DNA of 64,000 bases from Zygnema circumcarinatum SAG 698-1b (Eukaryota; Plantae; Zygnematophyceae), in NCBI GenBank assembly GCA_037447605.1, contig CM074805.1:4373361-4437360 (forward strand), written 5' to 3'. Position numbers and translations under genes: made by a program. How positions within the stretch are numbered: position 1 is the first letter of the stretch; every line of letters starts with the position of its first letter. The notes below the pieces were generated by a model that made no database searches, had not been told where the DNA came from, and saw only the letters and a program-made list of their open reading frames with translations. Shown here piece by piece: positions 1-12,334 of the stretch.

Positions 1-262
1 AGTAGAGGCAGCGAAAGCCTACATATTCACTTTACCGAGTCACCAAGGGAGTGAAACACTATATCTTCTCTTTCGGGAATTCTTAGCCAGACTATGCATA
101 GCAGTGAATGGGAACAAACAAAATAAACAAATGAGTTCATACATTTCGAAGGAGGAGCCATTTTGGATTCAACAAACTCAAACACTCACAACGAAAATGC
201 GTTTCATGTAAATTTAGGGCTCCGGAAAAAGACTCTTGAACTAGCGTCAGTGACTCACTGAC

Positions 263-3045
263 CTTCGTTGACATCTCCACCGTCCAAAATTGAGGAATCC
301 TTTAAAGTGAGAATCACCCCTCCTCCCTCCATGACTTTGTCGAGACCATGTCTGACCTTCAGTCCCGCAAGATCTTCTGTTCCCTTCACACCACCCTGCA
401 TCTGAGTGAATCTCCTAAAAGTAAAGCTCCATCATAAGCATCAGTAACTGCAGCTCTAGCAAAGCTTATACGAACGAAAAGCTGAGAACATGCAAATTCA
501 ATCAAGGAATCCTTAATCGTGCTTTACTAAACCTCCTGGCACAGATTTTCAGACCCAAAACAATTATGGAAGCATTCGTGTGTATTAGAAAGACAGGTCT
601 GTCAAGTTGCCCCGTATTTGCTTACTTGAGTCATAGGCAGAATCTTGTGGAAAATCCTCGTCCTCGTCTGCACCTTCATCCTGTAACATGCAAAGTCCGA
701 GACATATTCAGCGAAAAAACGTCTCATTTATACAAGGATTACAACGCGCAAAGGTCAATCATAAGGTCAGTAACTTGATTCAAAAAAGGAGTGTAGGAGA
801 AAGCAAGATCCTGCTAGGCTGTATAGGAAGGTGAAGAAAATCACCATTTCTGAAAGCATTCTTGCAGTGCGAGCAGCTTTGGCTCTTTCCTCTGCCCTCC
901 TTCTCTCTTCTAAGATCCTGCTCTTCATGACCCAATCTCCAATATCATCCTCTGCCTCATCTGCAAGCGGAGATTCACCTGCCCTAGTCTTCTTCTCCTT
1001 GCTCTTAAGTCGCTCCTCCCTCATCCTGCACACCACCAGAACAGCTGCTCAGACCCTCACTATCGTCAGCATACCCCATACTTCAATGATCTGCAACAAG
1101 CAGAGTCACGGAAACATGGCATTAACAACGTTGCCAACAGCATCAGCTTACAGCAATGCTTCAGTTTTAGAATACCGTGAATGGTTCAAAAAAAGAAATG
1201 ACGGAAAAGAAGAACATGGAGGTTACATTATTGCGAGAAGAAAGCACAAGAATGCAATGTGAAGAATGTCTTCAAGTGAAATAATGGCTGGTTTACGCCA
1301 AGAAACGAGCCACGTTATTGATATTGCTTTTAACCCGAAGTTCACAAGACCCTAGATAATTCATTGCCGACCATAAGTAAGTGGAAGAGTCTCCGAGTCC
1401 TGCATATGCAAGTAACTTTATCTTGAGAACTGGTCTAAGAGAAAGCTACGCTGCAAAGGGTGAAAACATGAAGTTCGCTATTGAATGTGGCAGACTATTC
1501 AGGAATTAAAGAACAAGGAGGCTGACCTCGAGTATGCTATTAGCCGCACTTTATGTCATTTCGAAATATTGGTGCTTGATTGCATGCATAATCAGATAGT
1601 AGTGACAAGAATTGTTCTCAGAAGTACAGTGTACATTTTTTTAATCACGATATCTTCAGTGTACTTCCTCAAATTAATCATCCCTGACTTGCTTAAGCAA
1701 AGTGCTTATCAAAACACTAAACGTAAAATTGGTAGTAACTTCAACAAACCAGCTTTTACTATGAAGGTAACTCATAGTTAAGCATCACAGCACAAAAATG
1801 CCGTCTTTGTCAATTGAATTGGATTCTCCTTCAACCTTCGGGAAAAATAGCTTACCTGACAATCTTGTCCTCCAGCTCACTGCTTGACGCCTCTGCCCCT
1901 TTTGCTGCTTTAGTTTCTCCCCGTCCTGTACTCCTATGCTCCGCGTGCTCACGCCTTCCATGGCGGTCCGGCTCTGTTCTCTGATCAGCCACATTACTTA
2001 AGTTACTCTTCTTTACTTCTTCTATCTTTTCTAACCCCTTTGGTTTCTCCATCACCCTCTCCTTCTCTGCTGACTTCTTATCCCTTTTCTCGCTATCTCT
2101 TTCACGTGAGCCTTCCTGTTTTTCATCCAACGCCTCTCTATCCTTCAGGTTGTCTTCAACCTTGATACCCTTTTTCCCGCCGTCCAAGTCATGTGCCTCG
2201 TCCTCCTTCCCTCGTCCCTCTCTCGCTCGCTCTTTGCTATCCTTCTCCTTGCTGATGGCCTTCTCCTTCACCTTCTCCTCAAGTTCTGCATCATGGCGCT
2301 TCAGACCCCTCTCCCTCTCTTTCGGCTTTTCTTTCTCTTTCTCTTTCTCTTTCTCCTTACTCCTCGGCTTTTCTTTTTCCTTTTCCTTTTCTTTCTCCTT
2401 CTCCCTCCCTTTCTCCTTGTTCCTTTCCTCCTCTCGATGCTTGTCTTTATCCCTCTCTTTTTCCACCCGATGCTTTTCCCTTTCTTTCTCCTCCTCTCGA
2501 TTTCTCTCTCTCCCCTTGTCGTCCTTCTCTCGAACTTTGTCCTTTTCCCTCTCTTTCTCCTTCAATTCCGGCAAATTTTCCCTGTGCTTGTCTTTCCCTT
2601 TCTCCTTCTCCTTGGGGCGATCTCTGTCTCTCTCTTTCTCCACTTTCTCTCTCCCTTTACTCCTCTCCTTCTCACTCACTTTTTCGTCCCTCTCTTTCTC
2701 CTTGCTCTTTGGTTTCTCCTTCTCCTGCTTCACATCCACGTCTTTCTCTTTCCTCTTCCTACTTTTCAAATTCATCTCCTTCTCACTATCGTCGTCCTCG
2801 TCCTTACTCTTGACCCAACCTTTCTCGCTCTCTTTGCTCCTCTCCTTCTCCCTCCCCTTCTCTCTCTCCCTCTCCCTGTCTCTCCCTTTCTCCTCCTCCC
2901 TCTCCTTCACCCGAACCTTTCCCTTCTCCCTCTCTCCTCCCTTTCCCCTCTCCTTCTCCTCCCGACTCCTCCCTTTCCCATTCTCTCTCTCCCTCTCTTC
3001 TCTCTGCTCGTCATCCACCAGCTCTCCCTCCTCTACTGCGCCCAT
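263..3045 (-). CDS. SART1: U4/U6.U5 tri-snRNP-associated protein SART1 (DOT2/MDF-like); 3' part continues beyond the window start
   Basis: Exons 3045-1856, 1025-845, 680-626 and 376-263 with in-phase GT-AG boundaries. Long KE/RD-rich N-terminus, then SSELEDKIVRMREERLK...DWVMKSRILEE and KDLAGLKVRHGLDKVMEGGGVILTLKDSSILDGGDVNE, matching plant SART-1 motifs from memory. Confidence 0.9.
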
Positions 3046-3534
3046 CCTCCTACCCTAACTAACCCTAATCCCAACCCTAATTCTTCCCTCCCTTCCTCCC
3101 TCCCCCTCACCTTCTCGCCATCCCTCACTTTACAAACCCTAAACTATGCCAGGCAGGGCCCTTTTCCCTTTTCAAAAACCAACCGAATGACAGGTTCCGT
3201 TGACCGCTGTCCATCCACAACCGTCGACATCCGTTCGTGTCAGTTACCGCCCGTTTCCTGCGGTTGGCGTCGTCCGTTCGAGCGGCCAGAAACCGCCACG
3301 TCGACCGACTGATAATGACGTCATAATGGCGTAGAAAATAGACAGTCCAAACAATGAGTTGACGTCACCCTCTGAAACCAGAAACTGGCAAAAAACCCAA
3401 ACGGAAACCGGTTTTCCGGTTTTCCGGTTTTCCAGTTTTCCGGTTTTCAGTTTTTTTTTTCGGAAACCTGGACACTGGAAAAGCCCGGGGGGCCCCTGTC
3501 CAGGGGCCCTCGCCTCTTCCAGCAGTCCCAGGCC
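3046..3534. promoter_or_regulatory. Bidirectional promoter/5'UTR region between SART1 and EF-G
   Basis: The divergent ATGs are 489 bp apart. Contains telo-box-like AACCCTAA copies (~3057-3080 and ~3134-3143), two TGACGTCA palindromes (3316-3323, 3360-3367) and a TTTTCCGG tandem run (~3405-3450). Confidence 0.6.
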
Positions 3535-6500
3535 ATGGCGGGGGGGCTGCGCCTGCTGGCGCTCGCGGCCTCTCGCCTGCGGCGCCCAGCGGCTCCCTCT
3601 GTTGCTGGAATCCGCCATGGAATGTTTGCAGGAGGGGGAGGGCTGGGGGGAAGGGCGCGCGTGTTTAGACTGCTGGAGGATAGAGGAAGCGGTTTTTCCT
3701 CTTTGGCAAGTCCTAGCGAGGAGCGGGAGCGCGAGTCATGGAGGGATGCTATGGAGAAGGTATGGATTCAGGCCTCAATTTTCATGGATATATGGAAGCA
3801 GAGATTTCAGCACTCGTCATGATTGTATGCGTAGGCTAGAGTAGCAGTCGATGTTAGCCATTTTCCTTCGTTTCTGAAGCATGCTATAGAAGCAGAAGGC
3901 CTTATTATTTTGAAATTTCGCAGTATTCAGGCTAATTTACGTCTAAAACTAAGTGCTTTGCTGGAAGACGTCGGCAAGCCCGAGCTATCTTGCTCGTTAT
4001 ATTTCAAGGTTCTCCTTTGATGTGAAATGATGATCTCTAAGTCTAAAGCATTTGCTGGCACGTTTTTCTTAAGATCAACCGGATCTTGAACCAGGCCATT
4101 TATAATAAGGCTTTCTGTAAGGCGGGCTTTACCTTTCTATAAGGCTATTGGATAGGACTCTTTGAACAGAATACAACGAATAAGGTGCGCCTAGAACAAT
4201 TACTTGTAACCACTTTGTGTGGCTTCTATAACCGTCGCGTGGTTTTGCAGTTTATGCAATCTCTTTGAGAAGGACCATTTGAGTGGTGTGTGTTGAAGTT
4301 TTTTGCTGTATGGATCTTTTTCCGGGCCCAGATTCGAAACATTGGAATTTCAGCACACATTGATTCGGGGAAAACTACATTGACAGAACGAATCCTTTTC
4401 TACACTGGGCGCATTCATGAGATCCATGAAGTCAAAGGGCGAGATGGAGTGGGCGCCAAGATGGATTCTATGGACTTAGAGAGAGAGAAGGGCATCACAA
4501 TTCAGTCAGCTGCCACACACTGTGTATGGGGAGATAACCAGGTGAGATCACCTTCCTTGTTGAATCACTGTTTGGACTAAAATGCCACATCGTAGTTAGA
4601 ATTGTCTCAACTGGAAAAGTTGTCTAGTGGAATACCAATTCCAATTGGATACTAGGTTTGGTGAAATATTGAACTTATTTTATCCAGTGTGGACGAGTTT
4701 TTTGCCAAAAGGCTTTTGGACCAACAGTCATCCAGCTTTAACAATGATTTTTTGACGTTGAACAAGTGGAGGTTGCAAATCATTTCATATTCTTTCCTTT
4801 GTAAAACTCAATGACGATCCATAATTCCATGCACAAGTTGTCTTCTCACCAGGCAATTCTTCACACCAGGCAACTGACTCCTGTTCTGTGAGGTTTTACA
4901 ACTAAGTAACTAGATGAAAGATTGTCTGCAAGTATTCATCCGAGGAATAGAGAGTGTGCAATGGGGCTTCATATAGGTGAATATTATTGACACTCCCGGC
5001 CACGTGGACTTCACCATTGAAGTTGAGCGAGCGCTGCGTGTGCTGGATGGAGCTGTGCTCGTCCTCTGCAGCGTGGGGGGGGTTCAAAGTCAGAGCATAA
5101 CGGTGGACCGCCAAATGCGTCGTTACGGGTGCGCCTTTTTTGTTTTTCGTTTACTGCAGTGAACATCAAATGACCCAAGCATCTTTCTCAGCCACTTTTT
5201 TTGCTGTAATCTTTTTTAAAAACGTATGTTGTGAACGAAAGACATTTGCGTTAGAAGCATTTCATCACCCACCTAATGCTAATGCTAAGTGAAAGACCGC
5301 TTAAAATCTTTGACTGCCTGCATTCTCTGTTCACTCACTTCTGACAAAGTTGTTCCTGGACCTAGCCTTTCTATATGAGTAGGCAATCATAATTTATCTC
5401 AAGCCTCCTCCCCTCCCCCTAAAAATCCCATAACTGTTGCAATGTGTGTGACGATTGACGATTGACCGATTGGGCCATTTGCAGTGTACCCCGGCTCGCA
5501 TTTATTAATAAATTAGATCGGACCGGCGCAGACCCCTGGAAAGTATTGCAACAGGTGCGCTCCAAACTGCGCCACCACTGCGCGGCTGTGCAGCTACCCA
5601 TCGGCCTTGAAGGGGATCTGAAGGGTTTGGTCGACCTTGTACGCGAACGCGCAATTATGTTTGAAGGGGCCCACGGGTGAGTGCCAAACATTGCACATCT
5701 TGGAGGGAGGGGGGAAGAAGGCTGGAAACACAAGTTTTCCTTTCCTTTCCCTTCCTGGGTTTTTCAGTCTGCTCTTTTGGTCTTTAGGAAGCCTTAGAGA
5801 AGGTGCAGGGGTTGCTAAAACGATGGGGCTAGTTGAAGCTTAGTGAATGCTTGTCGCTATCCTACTACCAATAGGTTTGAGCTTTGAACTTTTTTTTTGG
5901 GAATTGTTCAATGTTCAAATGAAAAGGTTTCGTTTGAACTTTGAACACTCGAAGCGAATAGTTTTTCAAATTGAACAATATAAAACAAAGTTCAATTGTT
6001 CAAAGTCTCAGTCTGTTCGGTTGTTCAGTTACACGTGTGGATTCCAATTTTTGCCACTTAGGATTTAAGCAATCTGAAAATTTTGCTTAACTCCGGCCCA
6101 TTTTCGTCGTACGATTTTTTGGCGCTAATGTAGATCAACAATTTCCGTACGGTATGGAAGGTTTCTACTACCGTACGGTAATAGAAACGGGCAAAATATG
6201 AACGCGGGTGGACCTGGGTCCACGCAATCTGCGATTTGACAGCAAATCACATTGTTGATCTATGGATGCGAAGTAAACTGAAATTGAACTCGACCGGTTC
6301 TTCAATGTTCAATTGGTTTCGTATTGGATTCCCATTTGAACAAAGACCAGTGTTTAAAAAAAAAAAAAAAAAGAGAAATCTAAAGTGGAAACAGTGTCTT
6401 TTTTTAACACCGATTGCGAACAGTTTTTTTTTGAACTGCCAAAACATTTAATTGTTCAAAGTTCAAAGCTCAAAGCTATTGGTAGTAGGGTAGTGCAGGT

Positions 6501-9500
6501 TCCTCAAGAAGCTGGGATTGCCTGCTGCAGGGAAATCCTTCGGGAGGAGGCCATTCCCGAGCGGCTATTGGAGGCTGCTGCGGACAAGCGAAGGGAGCTC
6601 ATCGAACATGTGTCGGAAGTCGACGATGAGCTGGCAGAGCGCTTCCTCAATGATGAGCCTGTCACGGCAGAGCTGCTACAGGTGGGTAGGACCTTACCCC
6701 CTGCTCAGGCATACATCTGCAATGATGGATGCAGGAAAGCTACAACTACATGCATGGAAACTTAATACTGAATAACATGCAGGTAGGGTGACATTCTATG
6801 TGAACGACGAGGAGCTACAAATGCTTCTTCAACATTTTAGAGCAGGAAACCCAGAGATCCTTGATTGCACATGTAAGAGAAAGTGTCTTGCCATGATTCA
6901 TATAGTCTCTGTGATTACGGTGGATCTGTGTTTTGCAGGCCGCCATTCGTAGAGCCACACTCAAACTTGAGTTTATTCCCCTTTTTATGGGCAGTGCTTT
7001 CAAAAACAAGGTGAGCTCCTTGTTCAACTCACACAGTTATGTAGATCTGCAAGAGGCTCACAGAGGTTGATGCTTATGAAGTTTCTCATTAAGTTGAATC
7101 CCCACTCCGTCTCTCTTTCCCACTATGCAAAGCAGGGTGTGCAACTGCTTCTGGATGGCGTTCAAGATTACCTGCCCTGCCCACTGGAGGTGGAAAATTA
7201 CGCGTTGGATCAGAACAGGAATGAGGAAAAGGTTTTGACGTCCTCCTTTTCCTGCCAGAGACTTTGGCTGTGGAACTACAAAAGTTATTGTGAATGGGGG
7301 AGTTTTTAAGAAGTGCGCATATCATGATGTCATATTGTGCATTCTAATGAATGAGGAAGTTCAGAAGAGTGATTTGTGCATTATGGGCTTGTTTTGTCAG
7401 GTAGTGCTGCAAGGCTCCCCTGAGGGCCCAATGGTGGGGCTCGCTTTCAAGCTCGAAGAGGGGAGATTCGGACAGCTCACATATTTAAGGTGCTTTTCTT
7501 ATTCTACATGGAGAGTAAGAGTGTCATTCTGCAAATGGTTTCATACTATTGCTAGCGGGAACGTGAGTTAAAAAGAAACGGAAGGATTACTTGTTTGGCT
7601 GCTTTCAACAGAGCAAAAGAGACTCTTGGCTGGGTAGGATGTATGAGGGTACCATGAGGCGGGGCGACTTCATCTACAACTGCACCAATGGAAAGAAGAT
7701 AAAGGTGGGATCATTTGTTGAATGCTTGAGTTTCTCTTTTCCCGCCTGCTTGGGCAAACCATGTAACCTAACTCTGATGTTGCAATCACAGCCAGACACC
7801 CTTAGAATGTGCACTGTTTTTTGTTAAAAAAGGTTGTATCAGATACAGCTCTGCTTTATGTTTCTCCTGTAGCTACTTTGCATCATCGCGTGCTGCATAA
7901 CTGAAAGGAATCACAAGCTCAATTTTGGGTTTCAGGTGCCGCGTTTGGTGCGGATGCATGCAGATGATATGGAGGTGAGAAGCTTACCCTCCATGTAAGT
8001 CCGTTCCCTTAAGTATCACAGCTATAGGCGGGATACTCTCACACTGTCCTGGACTACCTCACTCGTCTTCACACCTAATTCCTCTGACCTTCCTGTTCTT
8101 CATTGTCACAGTCACGATAATTAGTGGGCTTTCTAGTTTATTGAGCAGAATTGTGGGATGGGGAACAGGATATTCAAGAGGCTCAAGCTGGAGAAATTGT
8201 TGCCATGTTTGGAGTTGACTGTGCAACTGGTGAGCGCTTTACCCCATCGTCTTTGAGTTCTGTCAATATCAAGATTGTCTGTGTATGTATGTGTGTGTGT
8301 GTGTGAAAGAGCGAGTGAAAGAGAGAATTGTGATTGTTGCTTGCCCTCATGCAGGCTGGGCATGTTGTGAGGGATTAGTTCATGAATACCCATAACTGAT
8401 GCTGGCCAAACTACTTTTGTTTTTGCTGTTGATGATACAGGCGATACCTTTACTGATGGAACAGTGAAATACACTATGACTTCCATGAATGTTCCAGACC
8501 CTGTCATGTCTCTCTCCATTACGCCCGCAACGAAAGATGTCGGACCACAGGTCTGCCTCTCAAACCTCTTCCTTATCTTTCATATAAGGCCAATTTGCCT
8601 TGGTGCTGGGATTGCTGATGAGTGGGTCATTTTCTAGTTCTGCTATTTAAAGAGGCAGCTTGATGCCCACATTACTATGCAGGTGTTTTCCTGAACCAGT
8701 ATAGGCCCTAACTGCTCCATGTCAATTGGGATGTATTCGTATTGCAGTTCTCGAAGGCGCTGAACCGCTTTCAGAAAGAGGATCCCACTTTCAGAGTTAG
8801 CCTTGATCCCGACAGTGGGCAGGTTGAACCAACCCTTAACCTCAAAAAGCATGAGAGTGGATTCTTTATAAGAATCATGGCTTGACATTGGAGGGATGGA
8901 CGTGCTGCTAAAGCGACATGGGCAAATTCCAGTTCTTAGAGGTGTCGTCTCTGACTGTGAATAGGAGAGCGGGTGGGACTACTGCAGACCATCATATCGG
9001 GCATGGGGGAGTTGCACTTAGACATCTATGTGGAGCGCATCAAAAGAGAATACAAGGTGAGAAAAAGGGGATTGTTGATCTTGTTTTTCCTAGTCCGTTT
9101 GGTGTCGAAAATACCTCCAGCCAACCCTTTTAGCTGCATTTGGGTGTATGTCTTGGAAGTAATGGAGGAAAGCAGGCTTGTTGGGAGAGTGCAGGTGGAG
9201 ACAGTGGTAGGGAAACCTCAGGTCAACTTTCGTGAAACTATCACCAGAAGGGCGGACTTTGACTACACGCATAAGAAGCAAAGTGGAGGGCAAGGCCAGT
9301 ATGGTCGAGTTATTGGGTAAGGGAGGATATGATACGAGCTGCTGCCATAGTGTGGTTGTGGAGTAGCCCTCTTCTTCCATTTGTTACGAGATAGTGAAGG
9401 TCTTGGTCGGGGTTTTTTGTGCCATTCTGTAAGGGTTCAGGTACATTGAGCCGCTTCCTGAAGACCACCCCACAAAGTTTGAATTTGAGAATCAAATGGT

Positions 9501-11224
9501 CGGTCAGGCGGTGCCATCGAATTTCATTCCTGCCGTTGAAAAGGGGTTTATTGAGGCTGCGAATAGGTATGTGACCGAACACTTGCTTCAGGTTAATCTG
9601 AAAATTTCTGCAACCTACACATTCACGCGAGGAGATAACCCTTTAAGACTGTTTAGTTGGGCAAGACGGAAGCAGGTCAGGTGAAGTTGAGAAGAAGGAA
9701 GAGGTCAAATACTTGCCAGCTCTCCTCTCCCTCTCTCTCTCTCTCACTCTCTCTTGCTCTCTCTCACACACACACCCCCCCTCACTCTCTCTCCCCACTC
9801 TCACTCCCCCCTCCCCCTCTCCTTTTCCCTCTCCCTCTCCCTCTCCCTCTCTCTCAGGATCTGTAAGGAGCAGCTAGGTATAGCTGAAAGGATAAGATTT
9901 TGAATTTGTGTGGGGCTCCTGCAGTGGGGCTCTGATAGGCTTCCCAGTGGAAAACCTTCGATGTGTCCTTACGGATGGAGCAAGCCATGCAGTGGATAGT
10001 AGCGAACTTGCATTCAAGCTGGCATCCGTCTATGCTTTCCGACAGGTCAGCCCTTGAAGCCCTCCCATTTTCCGCCTCCCATTTCTTGCCTCGTAAATCA
10101 TCATCAGAAAGACGCCTGAGCCCTTACAGAAGCTCTGCAATGTGGCCTAAAAGATCACCATCTCTGCTCTCCCTGGCCTTCCTTCATAGTGGCTCTTTAT
10201 CACTATCGTCTCTTCCCACCCCCCTTAGCATATCATTCTAGTGATTGCATCCAGACCATCCTTGTTCTTGCTTCAAACCCACTGAATTTTGACCAGTTAT
10301 AGACATGTGACGAGTCTAAAGCTTGTCCAAGTGAGCATCTGAGGTCGCAGTGCTATGAGAAGGCTGCCCCTGTCATCTTGGAGCCTGTAATGGCGGTGGA
10401 AGTGAAGGCTCCTGTAGATTTTCAAGGGACCATCATCGGCAATGTGAACAGGTAAGAGAGGCAAGCTGGGCATGTGGGGGGAAGGCTTTCATTAACTGTT
10501 CCATGTGCTCTATTCAAGACTGCTGTATCTTTCGACTGTTACTGTAATCTTTGGATCGAGGAAGGATGCATTTGCATGTTTGGATAACTTCTTGTAGCAG
10601 CCTTTTCTATTAAGGGTCAGCAGCTGACGAGGGGTAAGCGGCAATGCAGGCGGAAGGGCATAATTTCAGGTAGCGAGCAGGACGGGGACGAAGTCACTAT
10701 TCTGGCACATGTAACGTTACCTTATGCCCCTTCAATCTTCTCTTTCTTCAACACAGCTTCTTCATTCCTTGTTTTTTAAGTGAATTTCAGCGTTTGACAA
10801 TGTTCAATTTGTTGTCACTTGATTGACAGGTTCCCCTTAACAACATGTTTGGCTATTCGACAGACTTGCGCTCCATGACGCAGGTGTGTTACTGGAAGCA
10901 GCATGCATGCATGCATGCATGCATGAATGTTGCTCGGCACATTTTATTTAAAGACGTCGATTCTTCTCAATCAACAGCTGCTTTGCGTTTAGCAGAGCTC
11001 AAACTCCAAAAACCTAACCGCAAAGCGAGTTCCTGTTTTGGAAGTGACTTGGAAGTGCATGCTCGTCAAATCTTTCTCGGAACTGGACCCTTTAACTGAT
11101 GTGCTCAAACGTGGTAAGGGCACAGGGCAAAGGAGAGTTCACCATGGAGTACTTTGAGCACAGCCCTGTGCCGCAGGATGTGCAGGCGCAGCTTGTAGCA
11201 GACTTCAGGAAGGCTCGAGCCTGA
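3535..11224 (+). CDS. GFM1: Elongation factor G, mitochondrial (EF-G1/GFM1 type), 21 exons
   Basis: Exons 3535-3759, 4332-4541, 4977-5128, 5485-5676, 6531-6681, 6939-7010, 7136-7231, 7401-7489, 7638-7704, 7936-7974, 8169-8229, 8441-8550, 8748-8822, 8988-9056, 9195-9316, 9441-9566, 9925-10045, 10351-10451, 10650-10710, 10830-10883, 11126-11224. Motifs: [94 protein letters not shown]. Arg/Ala/Leu-rich N-terminal transit peptide. Confidence 0.97.
5861..6489. mobile_element. Non-autonomous DNA transposon (MITE) in EF-G intron 4
   Basis: 30-bp terminal inverted repeats CCTACTACCAATAGGTTTGAGCTTTGAACT (5861-5890) and 6460-6489, with one mismatch. AT-rich interior with repeated TTGAAC/GTTCAA. TA dinucleotides one base outside each TIR (5858-59, 6491-92). 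Confidence 0.85.
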
Positions 11225-12334
11225 GACCTCTCGTCAGCTGAGCAGCAGCTGTAGGGGAAGACTTTGAACGCAATTCAAGCACATTTTGGACTATGGACTG
11301 CAAGAGAAGAAGAGCGCAGCGACGGGGACTATTGAAAAAGGATAGAAGGGAGAGGGCGGGTGAGGAGGGAGGGAGACAGTATTGAATAAAGGAGAGTGAA
11401 GGCATCCATGACCTTCACTTCCTTACCGAGGTCAGGGAGAGAGTGAGAGGGAGCGAGAGAGGCTAGAGACGAGAGCAATGGAGAGAGTGGGACTCCTCCT
11501 TCAAGTGTACGTGAAGCTCCCGGGCAGCACCCAGGCGGAGCATTTGGGCTTATTCTGAGCCTCTGTAGGAGGGCAAGCCGATCCATTGTTAAGGTTGGAA
11601 AAAGCTTTGGAAGTGACAAAAAAAAATGGAGAAAAAAAAAATGAAATTTTGACTAGTGGGTGAGGTGGTTGGACGTTTTTGGTCCGCCTTGGGGGGCACC
11701 ATTTTTGGACAAGCTTATTTTTTTATAAATAAAGCTCGCTTGTACGGCTCTACATGCGAGTGTCTTGATTGTCACCCCGAACCGGGTAGCTGGGAGTATT
11801 TTGAAGTTGGTCTTTTAAAAAAAAAAAAACAGGTCTGAAAATTCCTTGGCAACAACAAGGCTGCCTTCTCGTGACATGAATCCCCGGAAAAAAGGAGAAA
11901 AAGGGAAAGAAAAACTCTTCTTTGAAGAATGTGAGAGCACAGGAGAGCGTCTCAGAGGCAGCTTGGAAGCCCCCCATTATCTGCTACGCGATCTTTCAAA
12001 CCCTAAAAATAGGTCAAAAAATAGGTGGAGTGTGCGCATTGGAGGTGAATTCGCCTCTGAACTCCCTTTGAAATTTTACTTTACATCTAAGCCTAAATAT
12101 TTCTAGCACCCACGCCTTGAGGCGCAAAGGTGAAAGGTCCTTCCTTCACCTGGAGTTACTTTACATAATGAAACTCACAGTACCTAGAATTCTAAGACCT
12201 AAAATTACCGGTGGCAGTATTGCCGGCTCCTTCAAAGAAGCTCTCCCATCGCCTTCCTCCTCCTTCACGATGCCATAATGCAACTTCCTTCTTCTTTCTC
12301 GGGATTAGTAGCAATTCTTTTACCGCCGGTAAAC

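Noticed and set aside
395-397. Alternative SART1 acceptor at 396/395
   Set aside because: Out of phase with the preceding exon. The acceptor at 377/376 keeps the frame.
2150-3312. Long Phe/Ser/Leu-rich plus-strand ORFs (302 and 373 aa)
   Set aside because: Antisense shadows of the purine-rich KE/RD exon of SART1.
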